Origin: Prorocentrum cordatum
Taxonomy: Eukaryota
Direction of reading: 5' to 3'
DNA length: 64,000 bases
NCBI GenBank assembly: GCA_963575745.1
Contig: CAUYUJ010000225.1
Location: 1,426,001 to 1,490,000, forward strand
Shown here: positions 14,179 to 26,210 of the stretch, piece after piece
How positions within the stretch are numbered: the stretch's first letter is position 1
How the letters are laid out: the number at the start of each line of letters is the position of its first letter
Translations under genes and position numbers: made by a program
The notes under the pieces: model-generated
Seen by the model: only the letters and a program-made list of their open reading frames with translations
Databases searched by the model: none
Told to the model about the DNA's origin: nothing

Positions 14179-14833
14179 TCAAGGACGCCTCCGGCAAAAG
14201 GCGCACGTGCAGCCGACTGCATGCCGGTAGTCCACGAGCGCCACCGGCAGTACCTGCGCCTCCGAAAATACCATAACTTCGATATGATCCACGCAGCCAC
14301 CTTGTCTCGATGTATCAGCCCATATCGAATCAAAGACCACGCCTTCGTCGTCGTCTGGAGGTCTGTTGATCTGCGGCATGGGCTCTGACGCGCGAAAAGA
14401 CTCCCCAAGGGCAACGCGGGCAACCATTAAGGTCCTCTTGGCATTCTTTTCCAACTGATTTACGCGATCTTCTGTGTAATCGTCGCTTTTTGAAGAATTC
14501 GCAGCGAAGTAAGAAGCGGTGCCGAAGAGCTTACCAGAAGTCTCGCCCCCCATCTGCGGATTGAACCCACCTCTGCATATCTCCGCTAGGGTCGATGGTA
14601 CAGCCCCATGGAATAAGAAATGCTCGTTCAAGTCGAAGTCGTACCTGCTCGCCGGCACTTTCAGATGAGAGAGAGCCGAAATCGGAGAACACATGCCCTT
14701 TCGCTGCCTCTTGCCCTCGAGGTTCTAGAGCTTTGCCATGTAAGATGCTTGCACTCTTGGGTTTACTACCGATCACACCCCGATGATCTCGAGCTGCGGC
14801 GGCTCATGATACACGGCAGACCGGTACGACTCC
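14179..14833 (-). CDS. Terminal exon: PARP (ADP-ribosyltransferase) catalytic domain
   Basis: LNEHFLFHGA, GFNP, GKLFGTASYFAANSSKSDDY, VARVALG, VDHIEVMVF...QVLP: H-Y-E triad recognisable. Frame extends upstream (ESYRSAVYHEPPQLEIIGV*SVVNPRVQASYMAKL*NLEGK) through TGA 14775-14773 and TAG 14727-14725. Confidence 0.92.
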
Positions 14834-15015
14834 CTGTCGGAGAGACCCAAAGAGATACCGAAACCGCTGCTCTCCCGGGGCCTCTCCCGAGGTGCGTTCT
14901 GGCCAAGATTTCGCGGCGAATCCAGCTGCGGCAGCGAAGGCCTCCCGGGAGGCCCACAGAGAATTAGAGAACAAGAAGAAGGGCAACGGTATCGGTACCT
15001 CTTTCCTGCTCTGAC
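14834..15015 (-). other. 182-nt GT-AG intron in the PARP gene
   Basis: CACAG|GTCAG...CGACAG|GGAG; splicing gives in-frame STVASHR-ESYRSAVYHEPP. Confidence 0.75.
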
Positions 15016-15190
15016 CTGTGGCTTGCAACCGTGCTGACGACAATGTGCGACATGAACTGGCCAAACGGGTCCTCTTCTGGCACTGCGCCAATGCGGTACT
15101 CAGAATAATGGGAAGGCCGAGGCATCTGGGCAGCGTGCGCGAGTCGATCCGCCGCCCCGCCCTCGCACGCTGGGGCGTCTTCGACTATCA
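15016..15190 (-). CDS. Exon upstream of the PARP domain (...RPSHYSEYRIGAVPEEDPFGQFMSHIVVSTVASHR); 5' boundary uncertain
   Basis: Open frame of ORF 14964-15224 splices in frame to the PARP exon. Confidence 0.6.
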
Positions 15191-15896
15191 ACTGCATGGG
15201 AGAGGTTCCTCTGTAATGTTTCAAGAGCCTCTGCCCCCGACTTCAGGAGACAACTCGAGGGAGGTCTTCGTAAGGTCGATTCAGGGCCATTGCGCCCTAT
15301 TAGAAGGCCACTACACCAAGTTAGCCCAAACTAGGCCCCAAATTGAGCCAGATTAAACCGGATTAGGCGGGGTTGGACCGGATGATGAGCGGGAGTCTGC
15401 CGCTGTCCGACCACAGATGTAACAGCGCCGATGCTGAGATGAACCTCGCAGGAGCTGCAGCCTAACATACTCGCGCATTCGCCAAAAAGTGCCCACGCTT
15501 TGCTCTCCAGCGAGCTTCGTAGCCCCAAGATGGCCCTGAACACCAACCAGTCCCGAGATGGCTACAAGATGCCCCAAGACCGGCCCAAGGCAATCTATAG
15601 ACAACCCACAAGGCCCAAGATGCCCCGAAAAAACTCCACAACAGGGCCCCTGGGACGCCAAGCCCATCGAATAACTCGTGCTGCAGGATGTTAGGTGAAA
15701 GGCGGCTTCAGGAATACCGCAGAGGCTCCCGAGGAAGCCTCAAAGGCACCCGAAAGCCTCCAAGATCGCGCTAAGAGGCGACCAAGACAGCCCGAGCACG
15801 CTCCAAGAAACCCTCAGACCACTGCGCTACAATACTGCCCCAGAACCATGGCACCGAAGTCGATCTAAGACCGTCTAACAAGGGGGCTTGTAGAGC

Positions 15897-17091
15897 CTTG
15901 ACTCTAGTGAAACTCCTCAAGAGAACTCGGTAAACGGTAGAACGATCCTGCTCGGACTTCAATGCTGCACTAGCACAGTGACGGAAATTGCCGCAGACAG
16001 CGTGATATTTGTCCATAAGCTCTTTGAACATGAGCATGTCGTCATCATGGCGCCCATCCGTTCTCTGTCCAGATCCACTCGAACCGTCAGACGCCAGCCA
16101 TATCTTCAATGTCCAGTCGTGTGAAGCAGAGAGAACCTTCTTACCGTCTGGAGAGAAACAACAACTATAAACATCAGCGTCGTGCCCGCTCAGGGTATGC
16201 AGCAGCGCACCGTCAGACGCCAGCCATATCTTCAATGTCCAGTCGACTGAAGCAGAGAGAACCTTCTTCCCGTCTGGAGAGAAACAACAACTATAAACAT
16301 CACCGTCGTGCCCGCTCAGGGTATGCAGCAGCGCACCGTCAGACGCCAGCCATATCTTCAATGTCCAGTCAACTGAAGCAGAGAGAACCTTCTTCCCGTC
16401 TGGAGAGAAACAACAACTATAACAACAGCGTCGTGCCCGCTCAGGGTATGCAGCAACGCACCGTCAGACGCCAGCCATATCTTCAATGTCCAGTCCTCTG
16501 AAGCAGAGAGAACCTTCTTCCCGTCTGGAGAGAAACAACAACTATAAATATCAAAGTGGTGCCCGCTCAAGGTATGCAGCAACGCACCGTCAGACGCCAG
16601 CCATATCTTCAATGTCCAGTCAACTGAAGCAGAGAGAACCTTCTTCCCGTCTGGAGAGAAACAACAACTATGAACAACAGCGACGTGCCCGCTCAGGGTA
16701 TGCAGCAGCGCACCGTCAGACGCCAGCCATATCTTCAATGTCCAGTCAACTGAAGAACCTTCTTCCCGTCTGGAGAGAAACAACAACTATAAACATCACC
16801 GTCGTGCCCACTCAGGGTATGCAGCAACGCGCCGTCAGACACCAGCCAGATCTTCAATGTCCAGTCAACTGAAACAGAGAGAACCTCCTTACCGTCTGGA
16901 GAGAAACAACAACTATTAACAACAGCGTCGTGCCCGCTCAGGGTATGCAGCAACGCACCGTCAGACGCCAGCCATATCTTCAATGTCGAGTCATGTGAAG
17001 CAGAGAGAACCTTCTTCCCGTCTGGAGAGAAACAACAACTCACAACAATATTGCGGTGCCCGCTCAAAGTTCGTTCGGCACGGAATACCAT
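15897..17091 (-). CDS. WD40 repeat exon, 8 x 42-aa HET-E-like repeats plus linker, frameshifted
   Basis: Consensus ALLHTLSGHxxxVxSCCFSPDGKKVLSASxDxTLKIWLASDG; unit anchors at 16084, 16210, 16336, 16461, 16587, 16713, 16832 and 16958 (spacings 126,126,125,126,126,119,126); possible AAG|GC donor at 15896. Confidence 0.93.
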
Positions 17092-18734
17092 TGGCCGCGA
17101 ATTGTGCTTTCAAGGCGGGCGAATGCACCTTGAGTCCCGCAAGGGCCACAGCTTGTCCGCCACTTTGCCTGCATCGAATCGCGCGAATCAGCAAAATGCG
17201 GTACGGTGGGGGTGGTCATCAATGCGTTCGAAGGCAAGTTCGTTTCCCTGTCACATCAGCCCCCATGAACACCCCCCAGGAAACGAAACCCCGTGGGAGA
17301 CCTAATGCATTTTCTCGTGCCTGTCGTGGTGCGTTTGAGGAGCAACCCGGGCCATTGTCTGACCACTTTGGGCTGTCATGGGGCCATCCTGGACCGTTTG
17401 GGGGCAAGCTTGGGCCGTCTCTTGGTCCTTGGGGCCATCCTAGGCCACCTTCGTGGCCATCCTGAGCAATTTTGCCCGTCTGGCGGTGGCAAATTCGTGC
17501 GGCAACGCCACCACATTTTTGATCGACTCGCGCGCGGCCGCCGTCTGCGACCTTGGGCGGGCTTGTCCACTGGCGAAACCAATGTTTGCATGCACAGACT
17601 TGCTTGCCGCGACAAGCGAAACAGCAGGCCCACACGGCGATGCAAGCACCACTGGTGGGCAGACGACGCAGCGGACACGGCAGAGCAACGCGACAGCGAG
17701 CGAGGCACGACGGTAAAACAAGAAAAAGGCGAGGGCCAAAACGGGAAGCGAGCTGGGCAGCGGCGCGGCCGACGCCCGCGGAATGCTTGGGCCTGGTGAG
17801 CGAGCTTGCCTTTGACTACCGACCAGACCACCCCAACCGAACCCGAAAACCCGAATTTCGGGTTGGGGGGGGTACGGGTTCCGCATATGGAATGGATGCC
17901 CCCCCCGCTGGGAATGGAGGGCAAATTGAAATTTTCGGGGCGGGTTGGGGTGGTTTGGTGGGCGGCGAAACTTGGCACGAACGCAGGGTTCGCCCTGGGT
18001 GTACGCGTGTTGGAAGCAGCACTCGCTGCGTTTGGGAGGCGCCCCCCCCCCGCCCCCCGTCACACACGCTTCAGCTCCGCCAGCGACGCGGCAACGCAGT
18101 TGCAATCAATGCTAAAACGAGCTGCGTCGAAACGACGCGACAACCTGCGATGGAGCCCCCCGTCCTTTTTAACCCGGTGGCGCAGAGGATCCTCAAGCAG
18201 CAGATGCAACTGCCACTTGCGATCGGATATTGTCGAAGGCATAGTGTACTAAACGTGCACACCGTCAATGCAGCGTGAATGGTGTGAAGGAGGAGCTGTA
18301 AATCCAAACGAAACGTCCAGCGGCCACGGGGTTCCCCGACCACGCATACACTTGTTCGGCGTCGTGACCTCGCGCGCGGCGACGGGGCGTAGAAAATCGG
18401 GCGCAGGCAGTGAAGCGCGCGCGTTTACGCCTGGCCTAGCACCCAGAAGCCGCTTAGAGTCTCGCAGCCGGCAGCAGCCATGCCCATCCAGGCTTGGATT
18501 GCGGGGAAGGGCGATGAGTAGACGAAACTACGGTGAGGGTGGAAGATGACAGAAGCCAACTGGCGCACACACACACACACACACACTCACTCATTCACTC
18601 ACAAACTCACGCTCCTTGGGCGGTAGCGATCTCGCGCGCAGTGACGAGGCGGACAAAGTGAACAGACAGCGCGCGCGGCGGCAAGGCCCTCAGCATCGCT
18701 TAGGATGCGGTCCTACCGATACCAGCCATGCAGA

Positions 18735-18795
18735 AAGCACACACACACACATCCGACCGACATCAGCACACAAACACACACGCAGGCACGCACGC

Positions 18796-18873
<78 letters not shown>

Positions 18874-18936
18874 GCACACACACACACACACACGCACACG
18901 CACACGCACACGCACACGCACACGCACACGCACACA

Positions 18937-18990
<54 letters not shown>
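18735..18990. repeat. (CA)n/(CAGA)n microsatellite
   Basis: Direct reading. Confidence 0.95.
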
Positions 18991-18993
<3 letters not shown>

Positions 18994-19779
18994 CCTCGTG
19001 ATGGAGGGGGGGCGGCGCTTGGGTGGGTGAGGGGAGGACGGGTTGGGCCAAGTGAAACTGCCATCGCTCGAACAGTGGCCGCACGTGAAACCAGAATGGT
19101 AAACCTCAACCGCGCGAAATGCGGGGAACGACTCTGCCACAGTCCCTTCCTCCTCGCCTTAACCATCTCCTTCCCCCCCCGTTTCCCCCTCCCGCCCCCT
19201 CCTCCTCATTTCTCCTCCTCCTCCTCCTCTTCCTCCGCCTCCTCCTCCTCTTCCTCCTATCTCGTCCTCCGCGGGGGGGGGCTGACTACCGTCTCCTGGT
19301 TTCCAGTCCTACCCCTAGGGCACACTGTCAGTGGAACCTGCATCCACGGTCTGGGTGAGTGGCAACCGGCCTTCTGTTCGGTATGGCAGGCAGCGGGCAC
19401 TTGGACTGGGGGTGGGCGTTGTGAAACCTGCTCGGCTGGGGGATGCCCCCGCCGCTGGGTGTAGCACGGCCCTCGGTCTCAGCCTTGCCCAGCTGATGGC
19501 GGCGTTAGTCAGACACCTGTGGTGGCATGTAAGGCTCCCAAGGACTCGCGTTTCCGTGAAAGGTGGTGGCGAGTGCCACAACGGCTGGGGCAGGAGTTCC
19601 CAATGCGCAATGCCCACTGTTTCGGCGGGGTCGAGCCTGGGGGGCCGCCCACGAACCAACATGCCGTCACGGTGGGGCCGCGAGTCGCCAAGCGACGAGG
19701 TCCGCTGAACCTACCCAGCACCATGTTTGTCTGTGGTGCAGAGGCATGGGGCGCCCATTAATGCTTCCTCATGTATTCT

Positions 19780-20430
19780 CCTCCTATCCCCTCCTCCTCC
19801 TATCTCCTCCTCCTCCTCCTCCTCCTTCTCCCCCTCCTCCTCCTCCTCCGCCTCCTCCTCCTCCCCCTCCTCCTCCTCCCCCTCCTCCTCCTCCTCCTCC
19901 TCATCTTCCTCCTCCTCCTCATCATCATCATCCTCCTCATCCTCCTCATCCTCCTCATCCTCCCTCCCTCGTCGTCAATCCCAGCCATCCCCCCTCCCCT
20001 GCGAGTCCACCTCGCGTGCTCCCCCTCTTCGGAGAGGGAAGGAGAGCGGGCGGGCAAGCGGGAGAGGAGAGGCAGCCAATCGGCCGCGCGGCCGCGCGGA
20101 AATGGTGTCGGGCGGGTACGGGGTCACGCGCCGACCACGAGCTGCAAGGCGCCCGCCCCCCCACCCCCCCCCCAAACCCCCAGAAGGTGCAGCCGACGAC
20201 GCTGGCCGGCCAGGAGCCGTGGCCATCCCGGCTGCAACGGAGCATGTAAGCACGCCACCTCTTCCCTCCTGCTCCCACCTCTTCCCTCCTGCTCCTCCTG
20301 CTCCTCCTACTCCTCCTGCTCCTGCTCCTGCTCCTGCGCCTGCTGCTGCTGCTGCTGCTGCTGCTCCTCCTCCTCCTCCTCCTCCTCCTGCTCCTGTTCC
20401 TGCTCCTCCTCCTCCTCCTCCTCCTCCCCC
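19780..20430. repeat. (CCT)n/(CTG)n tracts flanking a short unique GC-rich island
   Basis: Direct reading. Confidence 0.85.
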
Positions 20431-20583
20431 TCCACTCCCGTTAGCTCCAGCTAGCTCCGCAGCCGACGCCACCTCGATGAAGTGAAACCGAAAAAAGGAG
20501 AGGAGAGAGAGAGAGAGAGTGAGCAAGCGAGAGAGAGAGAGCGATTCATGAATATGTGTATATATACATATGTAGATGTGCAC

Positions 20584-20615
<32 letters not shown>

Positions 20616-22119
20616 TACACCGTGCCTTATGGGAGAAGAAAGGGGAAAGCTGAGGAGACGAATCGGGCAGCAAAGCCTCCCGCTCACAATGCCAACAATA
20701 TTGGACAAACGCATAGTGTGCGCACCCCTGACGGCCCCCGATCGTTTATATACACCTGCACGACCACCCCTCGGGTGATAAGGTTGGTGGGGGGAAAAGA
20801 ACCAACTGACGACAACTGCGACGGCGGTGATGATGACGATGCTGGTGATGCGCCCTCGAGTTGGCGACGACGCGTGGTGACGACGCTGCGTCGCGATATG
20901 GTCCCACTATCTATCCCACTCGATCGACCTCACCATCAAGACACCACCAGGGCACCATGAGGCCAAATAAATGCCACCACTACTGTGCTGTGATGGTGTG
21001 TGCTAAGTGTAATGGCTGGCTGCTGATGGCAAGGTGATGGCCACAGTGGTGATGAGCGTGGCGGCGACAGCAACGACAGTAGTGCTGAGTACGATCGGAA
21101 CACCATCGGAACACTATCGGGCCAAACAGAAGCCACCACCACTGCGCTGCGATTGCAATGTGACGATGTGGCGTCTCGATGTGATCTCACCATCGATCCC
21201 ACACGATCGACCTCACCATCGAGACACCACCAGGCCACCATGAGGCCTAAGAAATGCCATCATTACTGTGCTGTGATGGTTGGTGCTGAGCGTGATCCCC
21301 GCCCAGATGTTCTGGCCCCCGGTCCCGCGGCCTCCGAGGGATAGGAAACAAAGAAAGGACGGAAGAGGGTGTGAGGGACGGAAAGAATTGAGAAAGGCGA
21401 GGAAAGAGGTGGAGGGAGAACAAACAGAGTGGAAGCGGACATAAGCAAGAGAACGTGTGGAGACCGACGGAACACCGACGGGACAATTGGCGTATCTCAC
21501 TATCGATCACACAGTCGATCACACTTCGAACTGGGTTCCACATCATTTTTTCGAGGACGTCCCGCACAAACGTTCATGTTCCTGTTGTTTCGATTATGAT
21601 TTCGAACTTGGTTCGGATCTGTTTCGCGAGGAAGGTCCTCGAGGCTTGTCGTCTTCGAACCGCCACCCCGTTTTGCCTTCTCCGAACTCAATTGGAGGTA
21701 CGGTTGAGGGAAGGAATTGAGCAACACTCCCCCCCTCCCCCGCAACTCAAAGTTTGCACGTTCCTTGAAGACCACTCGGAGGCCCAACACCGGAAGATCC
21801 GAAACCAACACTGCATTTTGGGGGGAGGGAGGGGGAGTTCAAACCAAAGGTTCTGCATGAGTGCTGCTTGATTGTTTCCGACACCCGCGATCGCCCGCCT
21901 CCCGCCGGCACAGCTCCACCCCCACCACATTGTACCAGGCTCCGCGCGCCCAGCGGGGCATGTCCGATCCACGCTGCGCCAGCATGCCAAAGAATGGGCG
22001 ATCTTTTGTCACGGCACAGTACATACATGGAGAGAGAGAGAGAGAGAATATGAGAAGAAGAGAGGAAGAGAGAAAGAGAGAGATAACATGTAAAGAGGAG
22101 GCATTAGGTGATGGATCTC

Positions 22120-22965
22120 ATTATCACGATCGATCTCCCTATCGATTTGACAATCGAACTCACGATCGATCTCACAAGCGATCTTACCATCGATCTCACA
22201 ACAGATCCCACAATCGATCTCCCAATCGATCTCACCATCGATGTGACAATCGAACTCACTATCGATCTCATTTTCGGACTCACGATTGATCTAACAACAA
22301 TTCCCACTATCGATCTCACAACAATTCGCACGATCTGATTCACCATCAATCACCATCGATCTCACAATCGATCTCACCATCTATGTGACAATCGAACTCA
22401 CTATCGATCCTCAGCATCGGTCTCACTGTCGATCCCACCATAGATCTCACGAGCGATCTCACCATCGATCTCACATCAGATCATACGATCGATCTCACAA
22501 CTAATCCAACTATCGATCTCACAACAGGTCTCATTATCGATCTCAAAATCGATCTCACTATGGATATCACAATCGATCTCACATCAGATCCCACTATCGA
22601 TCTCACAATCGATCTCACAAGCAATCGCACGGTCGATATCACAACAGTTCTCACTATCGATCTTCGAATCAACCTCAGCATCGATCTGGAAATCGAACTC
22701 ACTATGGATCTTACATTCGGAATCACCATCGATCTCACCATCGATCTCACCATCGATCTCACGGTCGGTCTCACAATCGATCTGACAATCGATCTCACGA
22801 TCGATCTCACTGTGGATCCCGCTATAGATCTCACGAATGAACTCACCATCGATCTCACAACAGATCTTACGATCGATCTCACAACAGATCTCACGATCGA
22901 TCTCAAATCAGATCTTACGATCGATCTCACAGCAGATTTCGCAATCGATCTCACTATCGATCTCA
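22120..22965. repeat. 12-bp minisatellite ATCGATCTCACN, ~70 units
   Basis: Direct reading; produces the artefactual TIDL/RSIV ORFs. Confidence 0.93.
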
Positions 22966-23389
22966 CCGCCGCGCCACCGACGGGACACCGCCGCGCCATC
23001 GACGGGACACCGATGGGACACCGTCGCGCCACCGATGGGACACCCCCGGCCATCGCGCGCTGGGGGGCAGCGGACAACTGGCTCCACAGCCCCTTGTTCC
23101 TCTCGCGCGCTCACGCAGCTTCGCCTCGCCCGCACGCGCGACACGAACACGGAATCGAAACCGATTTCCTGGTGGGGGGCTCTCCGTTCCACTGCGATCT
23201 CACCCCCTCACCTCCGATGGAGAGAGAGGGGAGGGAGGAATACACACAGACTTTTATATATGTACATGTGTATACGTATCTGAATTATTCACTGCGTGGG
23301 GATCCCCATATGTGCATCTCCTTGCTGGCGCTCCCTTGGTGGTGGGACTCGGTGAGGACGAATCTGGATTTAAGTGTGACTGAGCTGCC

Positions 23390-23523
23390 GCTCTCTCTGC
23401 TCTCTCTGCTCTCTCTGTCTCTCGCTCTCTCTCTCTCTGCCCTCTCTCTGTCTCTGCCTCTCTTTCCCTGCCTCTCTCTCTCTGCCTCTCTCTCTGCCTC
23501 TGTCTCTCTGCCTCTCTCTCTCT

Positions 23524-23562
<39 letters not shown>

Positions 23563-23568
23563 TCTCTC

Positions 23569-23603
<35 letters not shown>

Positions 23604-23721
23604 GCTCTCTCTCTTCGCTCTCTCGCTCTCTCTTGCTCTCTCTCGCTCTCTGCTCTCTCTCGCTCTCTGCTCTCTCTCTCTCTCTCTCTCTCGCTCTCTC
23701 GCTCTCTCTCTCTCTCTCTCG

Positions 23722-23791
<70 letters not shown>

Positions 23792-23813
23792 TCTCTCTCT
23801 TCTCTCTCTCTCG

Positions 23814-23894
<81 letters not shown>

Positions 23895-23980
23895 CTCTCT
23901 CTCTCTCTCTCTCTCTTCTCTCTTCTCTCTCTCTCTCTTCTCTCTTCTCTCTTTCTCTCGCCTGTCTCCTCTCTCAACTC

Positions 23981-24020
<40 letters not shown>

Positions 24021-24055
24021 TCTCTCGCTTCCTCTCTCTCTCTCTCTCTCTCTCT

Positions 24056-24125
<70 letters not shown>
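23390..24125. repeat. (CT)n microsatellite, ~730 bp
   Basis: Direct reading. Confidence 0.97.
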
Positions 24126-24127
<2 letters not shown>

Positions 24128-25265
24128 GCTCGTGAGATCAGCCAGGGTGGCTCCCCCTTGGGGCTCCCAAATGATGCCCCTGGCAGCGTTTTGTGACCAT
24201 GAGGCTCTCAAGAGATACATGTTGGGGAGGCCAAACGGCAATTCTAGCTGAGGCGTCCCACCAAAATCGGCGCGAACGGGCTCGTGAGATCAGCCAGGGT
24301 GGCTCCCCCTTGGGGCTCCCAAATGATGCCCCTGGCAGCGTTTTGTGACCATGAGGCTCTCAAGAGATACATGTTGGGGGCGCCAAACGGCAATTCTAGC
24401 TGAGACGTCCCACCAAAATCGGCGCGAACGGGCTCGTGAGATCAGCCAGGGTGGCTCCCCCTTGGGGCTCCCAAATGATGCCCCTGGCAGCGTTTTGTGA
24501 CCATGAGGCTCTCAAGAGATACATGTTGGGGGCGCCAAACGGCAATTCTAGCTGAGACGTCCCACCAAAATCGGCGCGAACGGGCTCGTGAGATCAGCCA
24601 GGGTGGCTCCCCCTTGGGGCTCCCAAATGATGCCCCTGGCAGCGTTTTGTGACCATGAGGCTCTCAAGAGATACATGTTGGGGAGGCCAAACGGCAATTC
24701 TAGCTGAGACGTCCCACCAAAATCGGCGCGAACGGGCTCGTGAGATCAGCCAGGGTGGCTCCCCCTTGGGGCTCCCAAATGATGCCCCTGGCAGCGTTTT
24801 GTGACCATGAGGCTCTCAAGAGATACATGTTGGGGGCGCCAAACGGCAATTCTAGCTGAGACGTCCCACCAAAATCGGCGCGAACGGGCTCGTGAGATCA
24901 GCCAGGGTGGCTCCCCCTTGGGGCTCCCAAATGATGCCCCTGGCAGCGTTTTGTGACCATGAGGCTCTCAAGAGATACATGTTGGGGGCGCCAAACGGCA
25001 ATTCTAGCTGAGACGTCCCACCAAAATCGGCGCGAACGGGCTCGTGAGATCAGCCAGGGTGGCTCCCCCTTGGGGCTCCCAAATGATGCCCCTGGCAGCG
25101 TTTTGTGACCATGAGGCTCTCAAGAGATACATGTTGGGGGCGCCAAACGGCAATTCTAGCTGAGACGTCCCACCAAAATCGGCGCGAACGGGCTCGTGAG
25201 ATCAGCCAGGGTGGCTCCCCCTTGGGGCTCCCAAAGGATGCCCCTGGCAGCGTTTTGTGATCATG
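24126..25265 (-). repeat. 152-bp tandem array, 7.5 nearly identical copies
   Basis: GGGCTCGTGAGA at 24126, 24278, 24430, 24582, 24734, 24886, 25038 and 25190; reverse complement aligns to the 5616-7030 unit. Confidence 0.97.
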
Positions 25266-25519
25266 AGAGAGTGCGAGTGTGAGCTTAACTTATCTTATCT
25301 TATCTTGAAATCTATTCTTATCATCTCTTGTGCTATTTTATCTTATCTTGTAGTATCTTATCTTGTCTTGTCTTATCTGGTGATTATCATTGGGAGGAGG
25401 GAGGCGCGAGCGGGATGAAGAAGGAGGAGGAGGAGTGGGAGGCGTCAGAGTAATAACAAGAACCCCAATCCTTAGGATATGGGGAAAAAGAGGAAACAGA
25501 GAGAGAGAGAGAGAGATAG

Positions 25520-26210
25520 AGAGATAGAGAGAGAGGGCAGGCTTGGAATGCCTGCGAACATTCCAGGACATCCACGGATTGGGGCTTTCCTCTGGTGTAA
25601 CCGCAGTTCTCACGAAAACATACTCAACTCTACCCAACAACAATCGCCGATTTCGCTACTCCAGGCGGAATGAAAAGCTCTGGCGGCCATGCTATATCAG
25701 CGACTGCTTCATGGAGGCACGAAAGTCGATTACGAGATTCACAGTTGAGATTCCAACCTCGCCAGGGCACCGCTGACGCACTCATGCTTGCGAGGCGCAT
25801 GATCGACGCAGCGCTGTCGAACAGCAGCGGTGCTATCATCTTACTTCACTCGATTGGGCAAAGGTATATGATCGATTGAAGCCCGAACGTTTGTGCGCAA
25901 CTTTGACTTGATTCGGGTTACCCTGGCCTCACGTGCAAAGGTTCAGTGGAACTTACTCGTGCCAGCATCTCACTAGCGTTGACCACTGCGGTAACTCTTC
26001 GCAACGACGTCAAGCAGATGGCATTGCCCATGGGTGTCAAACATTAGATTCAGCGTGGCCCCTGCAACAGGACAGGGACAGGCTCGACGCATTCCACTGC
26101 AAATGCTTGCGCCGAAATTTAAGGATATCTCACTCTTGATTATTTCGCATCAGAAACGAGACTGTGCTGGCAACAGCTGGATCAAAGCCGTTGTGCAGGA
26201 AAATAGTTTC
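25520..26210 (+). mobile_element. Decayed, internally deleted non-LTR retrotransposon RT fragment
   Basis: Across frameshifts: PISLLQAE*KALAAMLYQRLLHGG, RLRDSQLRFQPRQGTADALMLARRMIDAA, LDWAKVYDRLKP...FGLP, RLDAFHCKCLRRNLRI. Confidence 0.85.

Larger units (their letters stand above)
14179..17194 (-). pseudogene. Disabled multi-exon WD40-repeat plus PARP gene
   Basis: WD40 x8 then PARP domain on the same strand within 3 kb; 2 frameshifts in the WD40 array and 2 in-frame stops in the PARP exon. The middle exon junctions are not fully resolved, so the single-gene link is inferred. Confidence 0.7.
23285..25484 (-). mobile_element. Family A copy 2 (inverted), carrying a homogenised 152-bp array and a (AG)n tract
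   Basis: Minus-strand left end CCCCATATCCTAAGGATTGGGGTTCTTGTTATTACTCTGACGCC (25484-25441); right end GAGATGCACATATGGGGATCCCCACGCAGTGAATAA (23320-23285). Confidence 0.7.

Noticed and set aside
15341..15361. Second SL relic (minus strand TCTGGCTCAA)
   Set aside because: Only an 8-nt match to the SL; expected by chance
16084..17070. WD40 variation as a diversity-generating retroelement
   Set aside because: No separate template repeat, differences are not adenine-restricted, and the only RTs present are LINE-type
20225..20262. EVACLHAP as DUF4336 exon 6
   Set aside because: No TLLVTD-like continuation; match too short
22560..24251. 563-aa ORF and similar long ORFs (8384-9544, 12247-13233, 27790-28894, 47175-48527)
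   Set aside because: Translations of micro- or minisatellites that lack stop codons
24126..25265. Regular array as CRISPR (also 936-1834, 5616-7030, 43350-45840)
   Set aside because: Whole units repeat with no unique spacers; no cas genes; eukaryotic context
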